Below, piece by piece: positions 38,960-53,855 of a stretch of 64,000 bases of DNA. A program made the position numbers and the translations under genes. The notes under the pieces were generated by a model. The model searched no databases and was not told the DNA's origin. It saw only the letters and a list, made by a program, of their open reading frames with translations. Numbering within the stretch: position 1 is the first letter of the stretch; every line of letters begins with the position of its first letter. This DNA is from Eledone cirrhosa (lineage: Eukaryota): positions 328,724,001 to 328,788,000 of the forward strand of contig OZ024741.1 in the NCBI GenBank assembly GCA_964016885.1. Reading direction: 5' to 3'.

Positions 38960-41900
38960 AGGATGGATATAAAATGAAAGTGCTTTTTTTAAAAAAGGAA
39001 TTTATTAGGTATTGACATATGTTTCTGTAACAGACTGAATACCTATGTATCGCTGCTTGCGTAATCATATAATGTTAGCAAGTATTCGATAGCAAATGTA
39101 TAATCAGTTGTCACTTCTTCAGAGATTTTGGATAAATTGGATAAAATCAGAAAAATTGAAGTATTTATATTAGTAGTAGGGGAAGAAACAGAGGGGATAG
39201 TATATGACAGATGGTAAATTAATTTACTGCTAAACAAGTATATAATGGGTTTCTAATGAGAATACCATGAGTAAATCTAAATAAGAATTTTGGGAGTGCC
39301 AATTTTAATCTCTACTTGACCAACTGGACAGTGGATAGGGCTGGTCATTTGGTGCATTAGTATTAATTATAAAGTGTTAATTGGGGAAGGGGGAGATTTC
39401 GATTGCTACTAAATAACATCAATGCTAGTAGCCAGCTGGTATATGCATTAGGGAATTGAATCAAGAAATCAGAAATCTCATTTTATCTATAGCAGTTTGT
39501 ATTAAAAGGTAAATAATAGAAGAGTTGATAGAATTAAGTCTAATAAAGAATGTTAATATCTATTTTGACAATCAAACGGGGATAGAGACAGGCGTTCAAT
39601 CCTGGTAGTATTTATAATATGAAAATGTAGATTTTAAGCGATGGTTACAGTATAACGATCGCTCTATTCTGTTATTTAATAAAATGTTTTTGGATTTCAT
39701 AATACAAAATAATTCTACATTACATAATTTACAAAATTCCTGTCCATGGGTATATGGGGTAGCAGCCGTATTATATCCCATTTTAGGTGAAATTGTTGGT
39801 TATTTTCACGCAGCTGCCAAGCCTTGTCTGCGAGTGTTGTTACATAAGCGAGGAAAACTATAGTTAAATTCGATGATAGCTACTGGGTTCGCAAAGATAG
39901 ACCTTCTAATTTTGATATCACTATGGGTTCTAATGATTCGGCGGAAGTAACAGATCTTGTGGGAATTTATATCACCCACAGATTACAAGGAAAATTCAAG
40001 GATCTCCACGGTGGAATCTACCGTGACGATGCGCTCCTATTAGTTAAGCATATGAATAACCAGAATTTAGAAAGGATGCGTAAAAATATCAGAAAGCTTT
40101 TTAAGGAACTAGGATTAAATATTACATTTGAATATAACCTCAAAGAGGTCAATTTCCTTGATGTTACTTTCAATCTCAATACAGATACGATTAAACCGTT
40201 CCATAAACTAAATGAGAACCTTAAATATGTAAATACGAGTTCTAACCATCCACTCACTATAATTAAATCCATCCCTAGAAATGTTTCTCTTAGAATCTCC
40301 CGCCTGTCGTCCAACCAACAAACCTTCAAAGAACATGCTGAATATTATGATGATGCACTTAGGAAAGCCGGTCACCTAGATAATATAGAGTATATAGTCA
40401 AAGATCACCAAAACACCCAAAATAAATCCCATAGGAGTAGAAATAGCACAGAATCACCACCATACATACACTACCGCAATAGACACAATAATAGTCGCAC
40501 ACCACCAAACAGAAGGCGATGTAAGGAGTATATTTGGTACAGCCCGGTCTATAACAACTCTATTAAAACCAATCTACCCTCAAAATTCTTTCGATTAGTT
40601 AAAAAACACTTTCCAACATCACATAAATATAATAAAATCTTAAACCCTAACACTATTCGACTTTCATATTCAACCGCCCCTAATATTGAACAACATATAA
40701 AAAAGCTAAACGCAAAACGGTTGTATAAACGCCTTCCAACACATAACAATACACGTAAAACATTAGCTATAACATCACAAAACAACAAACAACATCCTGT
40801 CCTACATAAGCAACCTCATCAACCCATCCATGGCAATACAACGACGCAAAATTATAATTGCAACTGTGTCCAACCAGGAATGTGTCCGTTGAACAATCAG
40901 TGTCTTGAACGCAACATCGTATACAAATGTACTATCGAATCGGATAGACAGAAGTGGTACTATGTAGGATCTACAGCCACCTCCTTCAAATCACGCCTTT
41001 AGAGACATCGTTACTCGATAAAACATGAAAACCAGCGTTATGTAACAACACTCGCAGACAAGGCTTGGCAGCTGCGTGAAAATAACCAACAATTTCACCT
41101 AAAATGGGATATAATAGCGGCTGCTACCCCATATACCCATGGACAGGAATTTTGTAAATTATTTAATGTAGAATTATTTTGTATTATGAAATCCAAAAAC
41201 ATTTTATTAAATAACAGAATAGAGCGATCGTTATACTGTAACCATCGCTTAAAATCTACATTTTCATATTATAAATACTACCAGGATTGAACGCCTGTCT
41301 CTATCCCCGTTTGATTGTCAAAATAGATATTAACATTCTTTATTAGTCTTAATTCTATCAACTCTTCTATTATTTACCTTTTAATACAAACTGCTATAGA
41401 TAAAATGAGATTTCTGATTTCTTGATTCAATTCCCTAATGCATATACCAGCTGGCTACTAGCATTGATGTTATTTAGTAGCAATCGAAATCTCCCCCTTC
41501 CCCAATTGACACTTTATAATTAATACTAATGCACCAAATGACCAGCCCTATCCACTGTCCAGTTGGTCAAGTAGAGATTAAAATTGGCACTCCCAAAATT
41601 CTTATTTAGATTTACTCATGGTATTCTCATTAGAAACCCATTATATACTTGTTTAGCAGTAAATTAATTTACCATCTGTCATATACTATCCCCTCTGTTT
41701 CTTCCCCTACTACTAATATAAATACTTCAATTTTTCTGATTTTATCCAATTTATCCAAAATCTCTGAAGAAGTGACAACTGATTATACATTTGCTATCGA
41801 ATACTTGCTAACATTATATGATTACGCAAGCAGCGATACATAGGTATTCAGGCTGTTACAGAAACATATGTCAATACCTAATAAATTCCTTTTTTAAAAA

Positions 41901-42033
41901 AAGCACTTTCATTTTATATTCATTCTTTCTACATTTTCTCCGGAATATAATTTATACTCGTTGAGCAAACCTGCACGTACGCTGTTCATCTCTAACGTAA
42001 CGGTATATTATCACTACATTATTGATAACCTGA

Positions 42034-42037
<4 letters not shown>
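38955..42037 (+). mobile_element. 5'-truncated Penelope-like element B with a ~890-bp inverted copy of its 3' end at the 5' side
   Basis: 38955-39846 is the reverse complement of 41038-41931; both ends in (TA)n. Confidence 0.9.
39847..41290 (+). pseudogene. PLE RT C-half plus GIY-YIG endonuclease, one internal stop at 41000-41002
   Basis: FDITMGSNDSAEVTDLVG, YRDD, VNFLDVT, SNHP, CNC..CPL..CL..NIVYKC..YYVGST..FKSR; the frame continues to CKL..CNHR. Confidence 0.88.
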
Positions 42038-42116
<79 letters not shown>

Positions 42117-42240
42117 CATTCAGTTGATATAAGAAAATAGGAAATACCAATAAACAACAAAAATGCGACATGAACCGTGTAAGAGCAACATAACCTATAA
42201 CGTTAATAAAAGCAGTTCTCATATATAAAGAGATACACAC

Positions 42241-42292
<52 letters not shown>

Positions 42293-42295
<3 letters not shown>

Positions 42296-42612
42296 CAAGG
42301 TTTAGCAAATAGAGAAAAAGTGTTTAAATACATTTTTAAAAGTTTACTGTACTTACTATATTTACCCTTACCGCGCGGTTTCAAGTCTCAAAATAAATGG
42401 ATAATTGAGAAGGAAACTTTCGTCAGAGGGTTCTTCTCACTCGGAGAATATAAAATTCCCGAGTTCAAATCACGAACTGGCGCCATACATAACTGTTCCC
42501 GGATGAGAATGTATGATAAAGAAACAATCTTGTCTAGTGCCGTGTGTAAAGATAGAAGGCAAGGGCGGAAAGATCAATGTCCCGCCACTAGAAATAGCAG
42601 CAGTTAAAACGA

Positions 42613-42617
<5 letters not shown>
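42293..42617 (-). mobile_element. Second, 5'-truncated copy of the 6731-7228 HHR element
   Basis: Reverse-complement similarity throughout; same 3' end (tgctaaaccttgatt) then (TA)n. Confidence 0.8.
42364..42431 (-). ncRNA. Type I hammerhead ribozyme motif
   Basis: accct-CTGACGA-aagtttc...gagactt-GAAA-ccgcgcgg-TA-agggt; palindromic stem III ACCGCGCGGT. Confidence 0.88.
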
Positions 42618-42704
<87 letters not shown>

Positions 42705-42744
42705 CATATATATATATACATATATATATATACATGTGTATATA

Positions 42745-42860
<116 letters not shown>

Positions 42861-42875
42861 CATACATATTTATAT

Positions 42876-42941
<66 letters not shown>

Positions 42942-42949
<8 letters not shown>

Positions 42950-43335
42950 ATACTTTGGGAGGGTCATGTTGCCAATAAGAAACACACGCAAACTGAGCAC
43001 ACAACACACACACACAGAAACAAAATGGCGTAGGATAGAAGAAAGGAAAGGCACAGAAACGAAGAAAGGAATCCCCAGTCACTGAAGAGGTCACAGAGTG
43101 TGTGACGAAAGGACTATGACTATATATAAACAACTATCTGGTTGTGGAACCAACCAACCAACCAGAAATTTATAAGTTTGTAAATTTATAAATTTATAAA
43201 TATATAATAAATTGAAGTGAAAGCAACTGGTGCGTGTGTTTCTTATTGGCAACATGACCCTCCCAAAGTATAACAATATCGGTTTCAACACACGATTTCA
43301 GATAAAGAATCTTGCTAAACAAATTCAGAAACGAA
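42942..43335. mobile_element. Short element with ~48-bp inverted arms around a hammerhead motif
   Basis: tattgttatactttgggagggtcatgttgccaataagaaacacacgca (42943-42990) inverted at ~43231-43278; between (TA)n tracts. Confidence 0.7.
43077..43121 (+). ncRNA. Minimal hammerhead motif (one extra G after the core)
   Basis: agtca-CTGAAGA-g-gtcac agagtgt gtgac-GAAA-ggac-TA-tgact. Confidence 0.65.
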
Positions 43336-43418
43336 ATATATATATATAGATATATAGATATAAACATAAATAATATATTTATATATATATATTATATATA
43401 TATGTACTATATATATAT

Positions 43419-43483
<65 letters not shown>

Positions 43484-44398
43484 TAATAAAAGGAAAAGAA
43501 AATGTTTGCTCTAAACAGATTAGAGCAAACATCACGAGCGCTCTATCTCAAAGTTATTTTTGAAAAGCATTAGAAATGCGCAACCAGTAAAAAGTTAAAA
43601 CTAAAACTGAATAGTAACCAATACTTATTACTAATTTATACTTATTCCTAATTAAACTATTTTTCGCTGGGAAAAATTCGTCCGCATTTTCTTTTCCTTT
43701 TACTAATATATCACATCTCGTGTGTTACATCTCTATTTTTCTTTCTTTTTTTTTTAATATATAAATATATATATATATATATATTCATTAGTTAAGCAAA
43801 ACAAGACCACACATTTCACAAGGAAGACATTATTAAAAGACTGTCAACATATTTTAGTTTGATGTAAGGAATGTAGAGAATAATAATAATAATAATATTA
43901 ATAATAATAATAATGTCCGTTTACAATTGTTTCGCTACTCCATATGATATTTCTGGATCAGATGACTATATATCATAATTGATCTGGTTCAGTTGAAAAT
44001 AATTAACATATTTAAAACACAGAACGGCTCATCGGAACTTCAAAGGAATATAAATTAAAATAATGAGAGAATGTTACATAATATAATGTTCCATATATTG
44101 GTTTTTCACTATGGTGTCTTGGTGGCATCAGTTGTCAGACATAATCAAGCAGTATTCATCTGTCGAGGCTGCATTGTGTGAGATCTGCCTATGGGTAACA
44201 AGATGGCTGCAAAGGACATTAGAGGGTGGTTTCAGGGGAAGTAACTCCTCGAGAGATTAGAAATTGTGGGTATTTATAATTAAGCGCTAATTTTTAAATG
44301 TTTTAATTGAGAGACAATGTAGGGGAGGTAACTTATAATCATCTAAGTTGTTCATAACTATTTAACTTATTACCTCAAGTAAAAATGGGGCTAGATGA

Positions 44399-46064
44399 CT
44401 AAGTTGGGTCAAATATTCTATTGGCGAAGGAATTAGCCCTTCGATGTTGACAGCTAATAGTTACCTCTGTTCTATCGTTAATCGGTAGAGGTCGTGAAAG
44501 AGTTATATAATATGCTTCTGTAATACTGAGATCACAAGATTTTCTTCGTCCATTGAACGGTTGGGCCCTAGCCACGATATCCCATTTTAGTGAGTGTTGA
44601 GCGTTGTTTAATTTAAGGTTTTTAATGAGCCTAGCTAGCGATGACGAACATCTGTTGCTAGGGTCTCGGAAGGAAAAAGAGTGCGCGTTATACCGTACCT
44701 TAAAAGTGTTAGAGGTAGACCCGATATAAGACTTGGTATTCGAAGCAGTTTTAACCGTGCATCTATAGACTATGTTGGGTGTCAGGCAGTGTCCATTTAA
44801 TGGGCATGCATTGGGGTAACGGCAGTTGCAGTTGCTTCTGCGGTTAGTGAGAGTAGGGTAGTTTAACCTAAGCGGTAGTTCAGTGCTAGAAGGATTAGAT
44901 GGGGGAGGTGTACTACTAGAGTAATTATTGGTGTAGTGGCATGATAGGGGTGGTGGTACCGCGGTGTGGGAGTTATGCTGTCTTAGTTTATGATGGTTAC
45001 TGAATGCGATGTGGCTAGCTAGGTTAGGTGTTGTGGAGAATGAGATTTTAATGTTATTTTTATTAAAGGGTTTGTAATATCTATGGTGGGGGGGGATATT
45101 TAGATAGGATAGAGAAGTAGCGTTTGGGGATATTAGTGGCTAGATTCGATGAGAATGCAGGGTTAAGCCAGGTGATATTTCCAGGTCTATTCCTTCTAGG
45201 GGTTCTAGTGGAGTGGGTAGGGGCCTTCCTAGGGTTATTATTACGTGGGGATTTGTTATTTGTCATCCCATTTCTCATTCCTATTCTAGGGTTGATTTTT
45301 AGATTGCTACTTGGAGTGGAGAGCAGGCCGCTGCCACCATTAAACTTCCCTGTATAGGTGCTGTTACTGCTAAAATTCCAGCGAATCTGGCTATATGCTA
45401 AAGTATTTCTAGTTCTAGTGTTAAGTTTATTATGGTGAATTGCTGTGTTATGGCATTTAGGTATGTAGTAAATTGATTGTTCATAACCAGATTCAGAAAG
45501 AGCCTTATTATAATATTGTGCATGGTTTATAAATATCTCCTCATTTGCTGATAGCATTGAGATCCTATACGAGATAGATTTGATTACTGCTCTGATGACT
45601 GCCGGTGGGTGGTTAGAGTGTGGGCTAATATATGTGAGTATTTCACCTGGGTTATGATAAGTGTAATATAGGTTATTGTTGATATCCAGGGTGACGTCTA
45701 GGAAGTTTACTACTTTATGGTTCGGCTCGATGGTGATAGAGAGACCGTTATTTTTAAAGAATCTATGTAATTGTTTTTTTAGAAAATCGATGCCCCGATT
45801 AGTGCAATTGTGGACTGCAAATAGGGCGTCGTCCCTGTATATTCCGCCTTGCAAGGGTTGGGTTTCGGCTCTGATGTTATGTAATAGGTAAATTCCAACT
45901 AAATCGGTGATTTGCGCGGAGTCACTTGAGCCCATCGTAATGTCAAAGTTGTCTGTTCTATCTTTTCTAGTCCGGAGTGCTCCGTTGAATTCAATGATAG
46001 TCCCCCTAGCCAAAAGTATGATATTAATCTCATTATTTGTTATGTCCGAGTTGGTGCTGGCTAG
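44399..46064 (-). pseudogene. PLE RT C-half plus GIY-YIG endonuclease, disrupted near 45085
   Basis: FDITMGSSDSAQITDLVG, YRDD, VNFLDVT, SNHP; CNCRYPNACPLNGHCLTPNIVYRC..SYIGSTSNTFKVRY. Confidence 0.88.
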
Positions 46065-46670
46065 GGTTAAAAACCTTAAATTAAACAACGCTCAACACTC
46101 ACTAAAATGGGATATCGTGGCTTGGGCCCAACCGTTTAATGGACGAAGAAAATTTTGTGATCTCTGTATTACAGAAGCATATTACATAACTCTATCACGA
46201 CCACTACCGATTAACGATAGAACGGAGGTAACTATTAGCTGTCAACATCGAAGGGCTAATTCCTTCGCCAATAGAATATTTGACCCAACTTAGTCATCTA
46301 GCCCCATATTTACCTGTAGCTAATAAGTTAAATAGCTATGAACAACTTAGATAATTAAAAGTTACCTCCCCTACATTGTCTCTCAATTAAAACATTTAAA
46401 AATTAGCGCTTAACTATAAATACCCACAATTTCTAATCTCTCGAGGAGTTACTTCCCCTGAAACCACCCTCTAATTAGTAAGGTAAATATGTCCTTTGGC
46501 AGCCATCTTGTTACCCATAGGCAGATCTCACACAATGCAGCCTCGACAGATGAATACTGCTTGATTATGTCTGACAACTGATGCAACAAAGACACCATAG
46601 TGAAAAACCAATATATGGAACATTATATTATGTAACATTCTCTCATTATTTTAATTTATATTCCTTTGAA

Positions 46671-46790
46671 GTTCCGATGAGCCGCTCTGTGTTTTAAATA
46701 TGTTAATTATTTTCAACTGAACCAGATCAATTATGATATATAGTCATCTGATCTAGAAATATCATATGGAGTAGCGAAACAATTGTAAAC
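46671..46790 (+). ncRNA. Hammerhead-like motif with CCGATGA core and ~95-nt stem II domain (mirror copy 43919-44038, minus strand)
   Basis: gtt-CCGATGA-gccgctctgtg...tatggagtagc-GAAA-caattg-TA-aac; stem I only 3 bp. Confidence 0.6.
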
Positions 46791-47115
46791 GGACAATATT
46801 ATTATTAATATTATTATTATTATTATTCTCTACATTCCTTACATCAAATTAAAATATGTTGACAATCTTTTAATAATGTCTTCCTTGTGAAATTTGTCGT
46901 CTTGTTTTGCTTAACTAATGAATATTTCCAGCTCTGCGCACCTAACTTCTGCATGAACCCAGCCACCTAGCTGCTTTCTACAGCATATTGCACATTGAGC
47001 ACATGCCTTTACGCTTTGGCTTCAAACTAATTCACCAATCTCTCCTCTCCTATCTCCATCTCTCTCTTTAAGATTGGTTACTCTTGAACTGTGTATATAT
47101 ATATATATATATATA

Positions 47116-47448
47116 TACAATATTAAATAAATGGAAAACTATATTTATAAAACCATATTTATTTCATTATATATATTTCGGGGATATCATATTAACAATA
47201 TGCTATGCCTTCATCAGACAAAATACAATATAAACAGTTTTATAGATAAATATATTCGACATACCGTAATAAACATCAATGAAGTTGATGTTTATTACGG
47301 TATGTCGAATATATTTATCTATAAAACTGTTTATATTGTATTTTGTCTGATGAAGGCATAGCATATTGTTAATATGATATCCCCGAAATATATATAATGA
47401 AATAAATATGGTTTTATAAATATAGTTTTCCATTTATTTAATATTGTA
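47116..47448. mobile_element. Near-perfect 333-bp palindrome with a hammerhead motif on each strand, plus ~90-bp tail
   Basis: Centre 47282; mirror ORFs 47131+ and 47433- in the track are nearly identical; flanked by (TA)n. Confidence 0.85.
47339..47404 (+). ncRNA. Type I hammerhead motif (mirror at 47160-47225, minus strand)
   Basis: tattttgt-CTGATGA-aggcatagcatatt gtt aatatgatatcccc-GAAA-tatata-TA-atgaaata; 8-bp stem I. Confidence 0.7.
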
Positions 47449-47532
47449 AATATACTCCAAGTATTTGTCGAGTGCTTTTATATCAGTTATAAATATTTAC
47501 TAGTTGTAACCCAACAATTTTAAATATAACTT

Positions 47533-47610
<78 letters not shown>

Positions 47611-47799
47611 ATATAAGATCAAAAGATGCTTAAAAGAGTGCATTTCAAAATGCGCATTTCAAAAACAAATATCATCATGGGATGATATTTGCGTTCTCAT
47701 CAGATAAAATATTATTTATACTCCAGTCCTATAAACTGTTGGGTGCTACTTATCCGATATTTGCATTGCTTTATTGTGCTACAATAAAACTCACCTCCT

Positions 47800-47889
<90 letters not shown>

Positions 47890-48313
47890 GGGGTGGAGAG
47901 AGAGCTAGAGAGAGAGATTCATACTTACTAATATTCATATAGTTTTGTGTGTAGGTGAGTTTTTATTATGGTACATTTTTATATTAATTTGTATTGTCGT
48001 TATGCCTCTATGTGGATATTATTGCATTATTAAATTATTTTCTTCCACAATATTATCTGAATGACCGCAACTACTTATCAGCGTAATACACAACCATTGT
48101 TAGATTCGAAAATAAAAATATCCTTCCCCCAAATTTAATGGAGTAGAATCACGAAAAATATATCCGAATTAAATTCAATAGATGAAATCATGATAACGAA
48201 ACATTTCGATATTTTTGACCAGACAGACCCGTGATGTCAAGTCTGTTGGGATTTATGGATCTCAGATTTATAGATATTCCCATAAATCTTGCTTTATATA
48301 TATGTATATATAC

Positions 48314-48375
<62 letters not shown>

Positions 48376-48526
48376 ATATAATATATATACATAAATATAT
48401 ATACATACATATATATGTATATATATGTTTATGTATGTACATACATATATATATGTACTTATATATGTATATATACATATATACAGATATATATATATAT
48501 ATATACATATATATATACATGTATAC

Positions 48527-48605
<79 letters not shown>

Positions 48606-48951
48606 GTCTTTATGTGTGTGAGAGTGCGTGTTTGGGTGTGTGTGTGTGACGATAAATACAAATTATATTTTCGCATGAAAATACAAAGTGATATCTTTAT
48701 AGGAATGAATGAAAGAAATAATAATAAATTAATTTGAACAAATTATGTTATATACTAACGTTAGTAAAACAAGAACGTATCGCTGCCGTATATAATAAAG
48801 AATATACACAAGGGTATATAAACAAGAATGAAGTAAATTGACAGAGTCGTCAGAGCGTCGGATTATGTACTTCGTGGAATATGTTTCTGATTCACTACGG
48901 TAAGTGATCAAATCCGAACTGAAATTGATACTAATTCTCTCTCTCTCTGTG

Positions 48952-49046
<95 letters not shown>

Positions 49047-49874
49047 CCTGGAAAGAGATCGCCAGTGTTCCGAGAGTGATTTACTTCCAGAGTTTAGTGT
49101 CATGACGAAGTCCCTAGGTGCCATGATATATGAATCCATGGTTGGATAGATATACATTCGATAATTTAGATAAAATAGCAACAAATAGCAACTGAATTTC
49201 CTTCAAATCACATTTAATAAGTTAAAGAGTAAAATGCACCAGGGTATAGAAACTAGATCCGCCTCTATGTTAACATTTTTGGCAGTTTATTAAATGCTGT
49301 ATCTCTAAGACTCTGGTGCTAAAGTTTGTGCAAGTTCTCCTGAAGTAACACCTGTCTATTGTAAACAAGATGGGGCACTTGCGATTTGCTAGTCCTTAGT
49401 CTAGTGTATTAGAAAATAATGAATCGATCGTGCTGGCTGGAATGTGAGGTAAACAAGAAGAATAACAACCAAAACAACAATAACCACGACTATTACTTGT
49501 AAAGAAACCAACTAAAGAATCTTAGCACAGCTGTTTCAACGGTTACAAATAGCAGTCGAATTTCTCTTCAACAACACCCTAAAGTATAAAACAATTCAAG
49601 AGTTTCTCGTATTTCTAGCTATACTGCATCTGAAAATAAGAAACGGATTGATACTTATAGCTGGAAGGTTATTGATAATATCTCTGTAAACGACATAACA
49701 AGAATACTTTTCCTTCCCGTATTTAAAATCAACAAAGGGGTAAAATCTGAATTTTTGTAATTCTTCAAAGAACAGATATCATAGCTTGAGCATAAATATT
49801 TCCGTATTTCCACATAGGATTAAACAAACACAGTACTTGAGGCTTAAACATCAATCAATTACACAATGCTTCGG

Positions 49875-50767
<893 letters not shown>

Positions 50768-50865
50768 TATATATATAGTAATAATAATAAATATGAAGAC
50801 TAAAATCCGAAGAGGGCTCAATAAGGATTATATATATAATATATAATACCCGTAGAGCAAATATT

Positions 50866-50951
<86 letters not shown>

Positions 50952-51156
50952 GTATATATAAATGAAGTAATTCATTTTGCTTTTATTTATTTATCATTAT
51001 GACTTCATGTATATATATATGTATTTGTCTATGCCGGTTGATACCTATACGCCAATGTGACAGCTTATTTTTTAAGTATATGCGCGTGGTCGAGTGTGTA
51101 TATGTTTGTTTATTTATTTTTATATATATGTGTGTGTGTGTGCATATATATGTATG

Positions 51157-51248
<92 letters not shown>

Positions 51249-51249
<1 letters not shown>

Positions 51250-52769
51250 TAGCAGATGTACCCGGCGTTGCTCGGGAAATGAATGACATCCTGTTTGTCC
51301 GTATATAGAGAGCCAAAGGTTGAGCAAAGTATTGAAATGTAATTGTAAAAAAATGTTTAACAAAATGGTGTACAGTGACATGATCGAGTGAAATAAACGG
51401 CAACATAAAAACAATTCATGGGGTAGCTTGAGTTAATTGACGTGAGGAACGTCGTGCTATCAAAGGTATTTCTCACAGGAATATGCACGGTATATTTTCA
51501 GTCATGTTGACTAATGTTAGTTGCGTAGTCCAATTAGAAATCGCGACCTTCAATCGGGCAAATTGTTCAAGGTCGTTTATGGCTTAGCTAGCAATTTCTG
51601 AGTGCATGTCAGCTTATATCAGCTAATTGGATATTCTAGTTGTAATTGGTGAAAATCCAAACTTTTAGAACAACTCAAGTATGTGGATTAGTTATGATAT
51701 ATATACTCAATTTACACTACAAAGGATACAATAAACTCAAAAATAATATGACGCAATATATATAATTAGCTGCCCCATCCGGCTGGCGCTCGGCTAGGTA
51801 TACCGGCATTTTATCTTTTCAGGAATCCCCTCTCCACTCCAGTGCAAAGATACCGCACGCCCTCTCAAGTCAGCGAGGTTGGGTGGGGTTTTTTTGGGGG
51901 GAGGGGGGTTGTTAACGTGCTTGAATAGTTTTTTAGGATTCCCCAGTTCAGTAGCCAGTACGTTAAAATAATTGATAGTTACAACAATAAAGGGTGAACA
52001 GAAAACACATTAACACACTTTACAATAATTTGTACAACCATAATGGAAATTCCAATTAACAGTAAATACATAAATTACATTGTTAGAGCCTCAGAGTATA
52101 GAATACTTTTTGTTCGGCCCTCGGAAGCAAAGATGAAGAGATTGTTTGGCGAGCTCACCCTAGAGCATCCTACATACAATTGACCATGGGAGAAGCATGA
52201 TTTTCCCAGATGAAGGCCAGCCACTTTTAGGGTTTGACGCTGAGCTTTGTTGATAGTAATCGCGAATCTTAGTCTCTCTCTTGCTCTAGTAACATTTTTT
52301 CTTCTGGAAAATCTGATCTTGCGGCCAGGCTGGGTATTTTTGGGTGGCATATCGGCAGTAACAATGACGATAAGCCGTCTGTGCTTTCGTGAAATAAATA
52401 CGTTTGTTTATATTTTGTTTTTTTGTATGCAAAAATATCTGTACACGAATATATAATTATATATATATATCAAAATAACAGTTTAAAGTTTAAGCAAAGA
52501 TCGCTGCTTTCACCCTTAACGGGATCTTCTGAAACTAAAAATTAATCTGTGAATGCAGAAATAAATATTTCGAAAAACGTTGCAACCGAAGGAAAACAGG
52601 AAGACGATACTTTGGTTCGTGAAGACGTTCACTGGCAATTAACGGAAAATAGCGAAGATAATACGTCAACAATGAGAACATATTTGCTCTAGGGTTCTTA
52701 TATATTTGATATATATTTATCCTTATCGAGGCCTCTTTAGATTTTAGTCTTCACATTTATTATTATTAC

Positions 52770-52835
<66 letters not shown>

Positions 52836-53400
52836 ATTATTGAGAGGGCGTGCAGCATCTTTGCACTGAATTAATTAAAAGTTGGTTAGAAGCGAAGTCA
52901 ATGCAGACAGGCAACCAGATAAGTAGCTATGTATCTAATGCAGACTGCCAGACATACCGAGACATATTATAAGGGCGCGACGTTATAGCTATGTATCTAT
53001 CTAAAAACCCAGACTAAGAAAGAGAGAGGAATGTCGTATAACTGGAAGAGTTGACATTTGAAAATTTTAAAGAATTGAAAATTTAAATAAATTATAACAT
53101 TTTTTAACGAAATTTAGAAGCCAAAAATACCTTCACTTTCTTACTTGGAAAAGGTTACATCTATGGTGCAAATTTGCTGCTTTTTGGTCAAGCCGTTTGG
53201 CGAAAAGTTTGTTACATACATACGGCCGTCAGATTTCCTATGAGTATCGGAAGGTGACTACCGTTAAAAAGGTACTCACTACCTTAAAACAATATTCAAT
53301 AGAAAAATATAAGCAGCTTCATTTTATATAGAAATTACTTCTACAGGACTAGCTCTGTTTCAATCGTATGTAATCATTAGAAGTCATTTTTATAATATAT
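51249..53400 (-). mobile_element. Helitron remnant with PIF1 helicase fragment; 5' boundary uncertain
   Basis: 3' hairpin cccgagcaacgccggg plus CTAG|T at 51249-51276; shares a segment (tattataagggcgcga...) at 52965 with 50510. Confidence 0.75.
52075..52275 (-). pseudogene. PIF1-family helicase C-terminal fragment (Helitron RepHel)
   Basis: LRFAITINKAQRQTLKVAGLHLGKSCFSHGQLYVGCSRV (helicase motifs V and VI). Confidence 0.85.
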
Positions 53401-53419
53401 ATATATATATATATTATTA

Positions 53420-53659
53420 CTAGGTTTGCAAAGACTAGCCCGTGACCATGAAATTTGCAGGCTCTACGTCATCCATGAGGGTAATGTTGTTGATATTAAG
53501 TTTGAATTGTTGCAGAATGACTCATTAGGCCTGGCGCGAGGTCAGGCAGCCGAGGAGCAGTGGCCATTACAGTATCGTTAGAAAAGGTAGATAATTGACA
53601 CAGAACATCCGCAGGCTAGTGTGTAGGTCGTGTCTATTAGTGACTTTTTTTAAATTAGA
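53420..53659 (-). mobile_element. Possible ~240-bp mini-Helitron
   Basis: Minus strand starts TCtaatttaaaaaaa and ends with an imperfect hairpin (agcctgca/cacgggct) and CTAG|T. Confidence 0.4.
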
Positions 53660-53743
53660 CGAGTAATGTGTTTCTATGTGGCAGCACCCCCATACCACAT
53701 ACATATAAGTCATATATATGTGTGTGTGAGTGTCTGTGGGAGC

Positions 53744-53855
<112 letters not shown>

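Larger units (their letters stand above)
43783..47093 (-). mobile_element. 5'-truncated Penelope-like element C with an inverted copy of its 3' end
   Basis: 46056-46925 is the reverse complement of 43783-44640; both ends in (TA)n. Confidence 0.9.

Noticed and set aside
41000-41002. In-frame stop in the PLE B endonuclease as possible selenocysteine recoding (as in Naiad PLEs)
   Set aside because: The codon is TAG, not TGA, at a position that is Tyr in PLE C; the endonuclease is C-terminal; simple mutation is more likely
48820-48860. Minus-strand CTGACGA as a hammerhead core
   Set aside because: No matching GAAA or stems; resembles the SINE segment gctctaccgatactgccaat
50801-50872. CCGAAGA-ggg...ccc-GTAGAG-caaatatttg hammerhead-like insert between (TA)n tracts
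   Set aside because: GAAA box absent and register ambiguous; could be a decayed copy but not supportable
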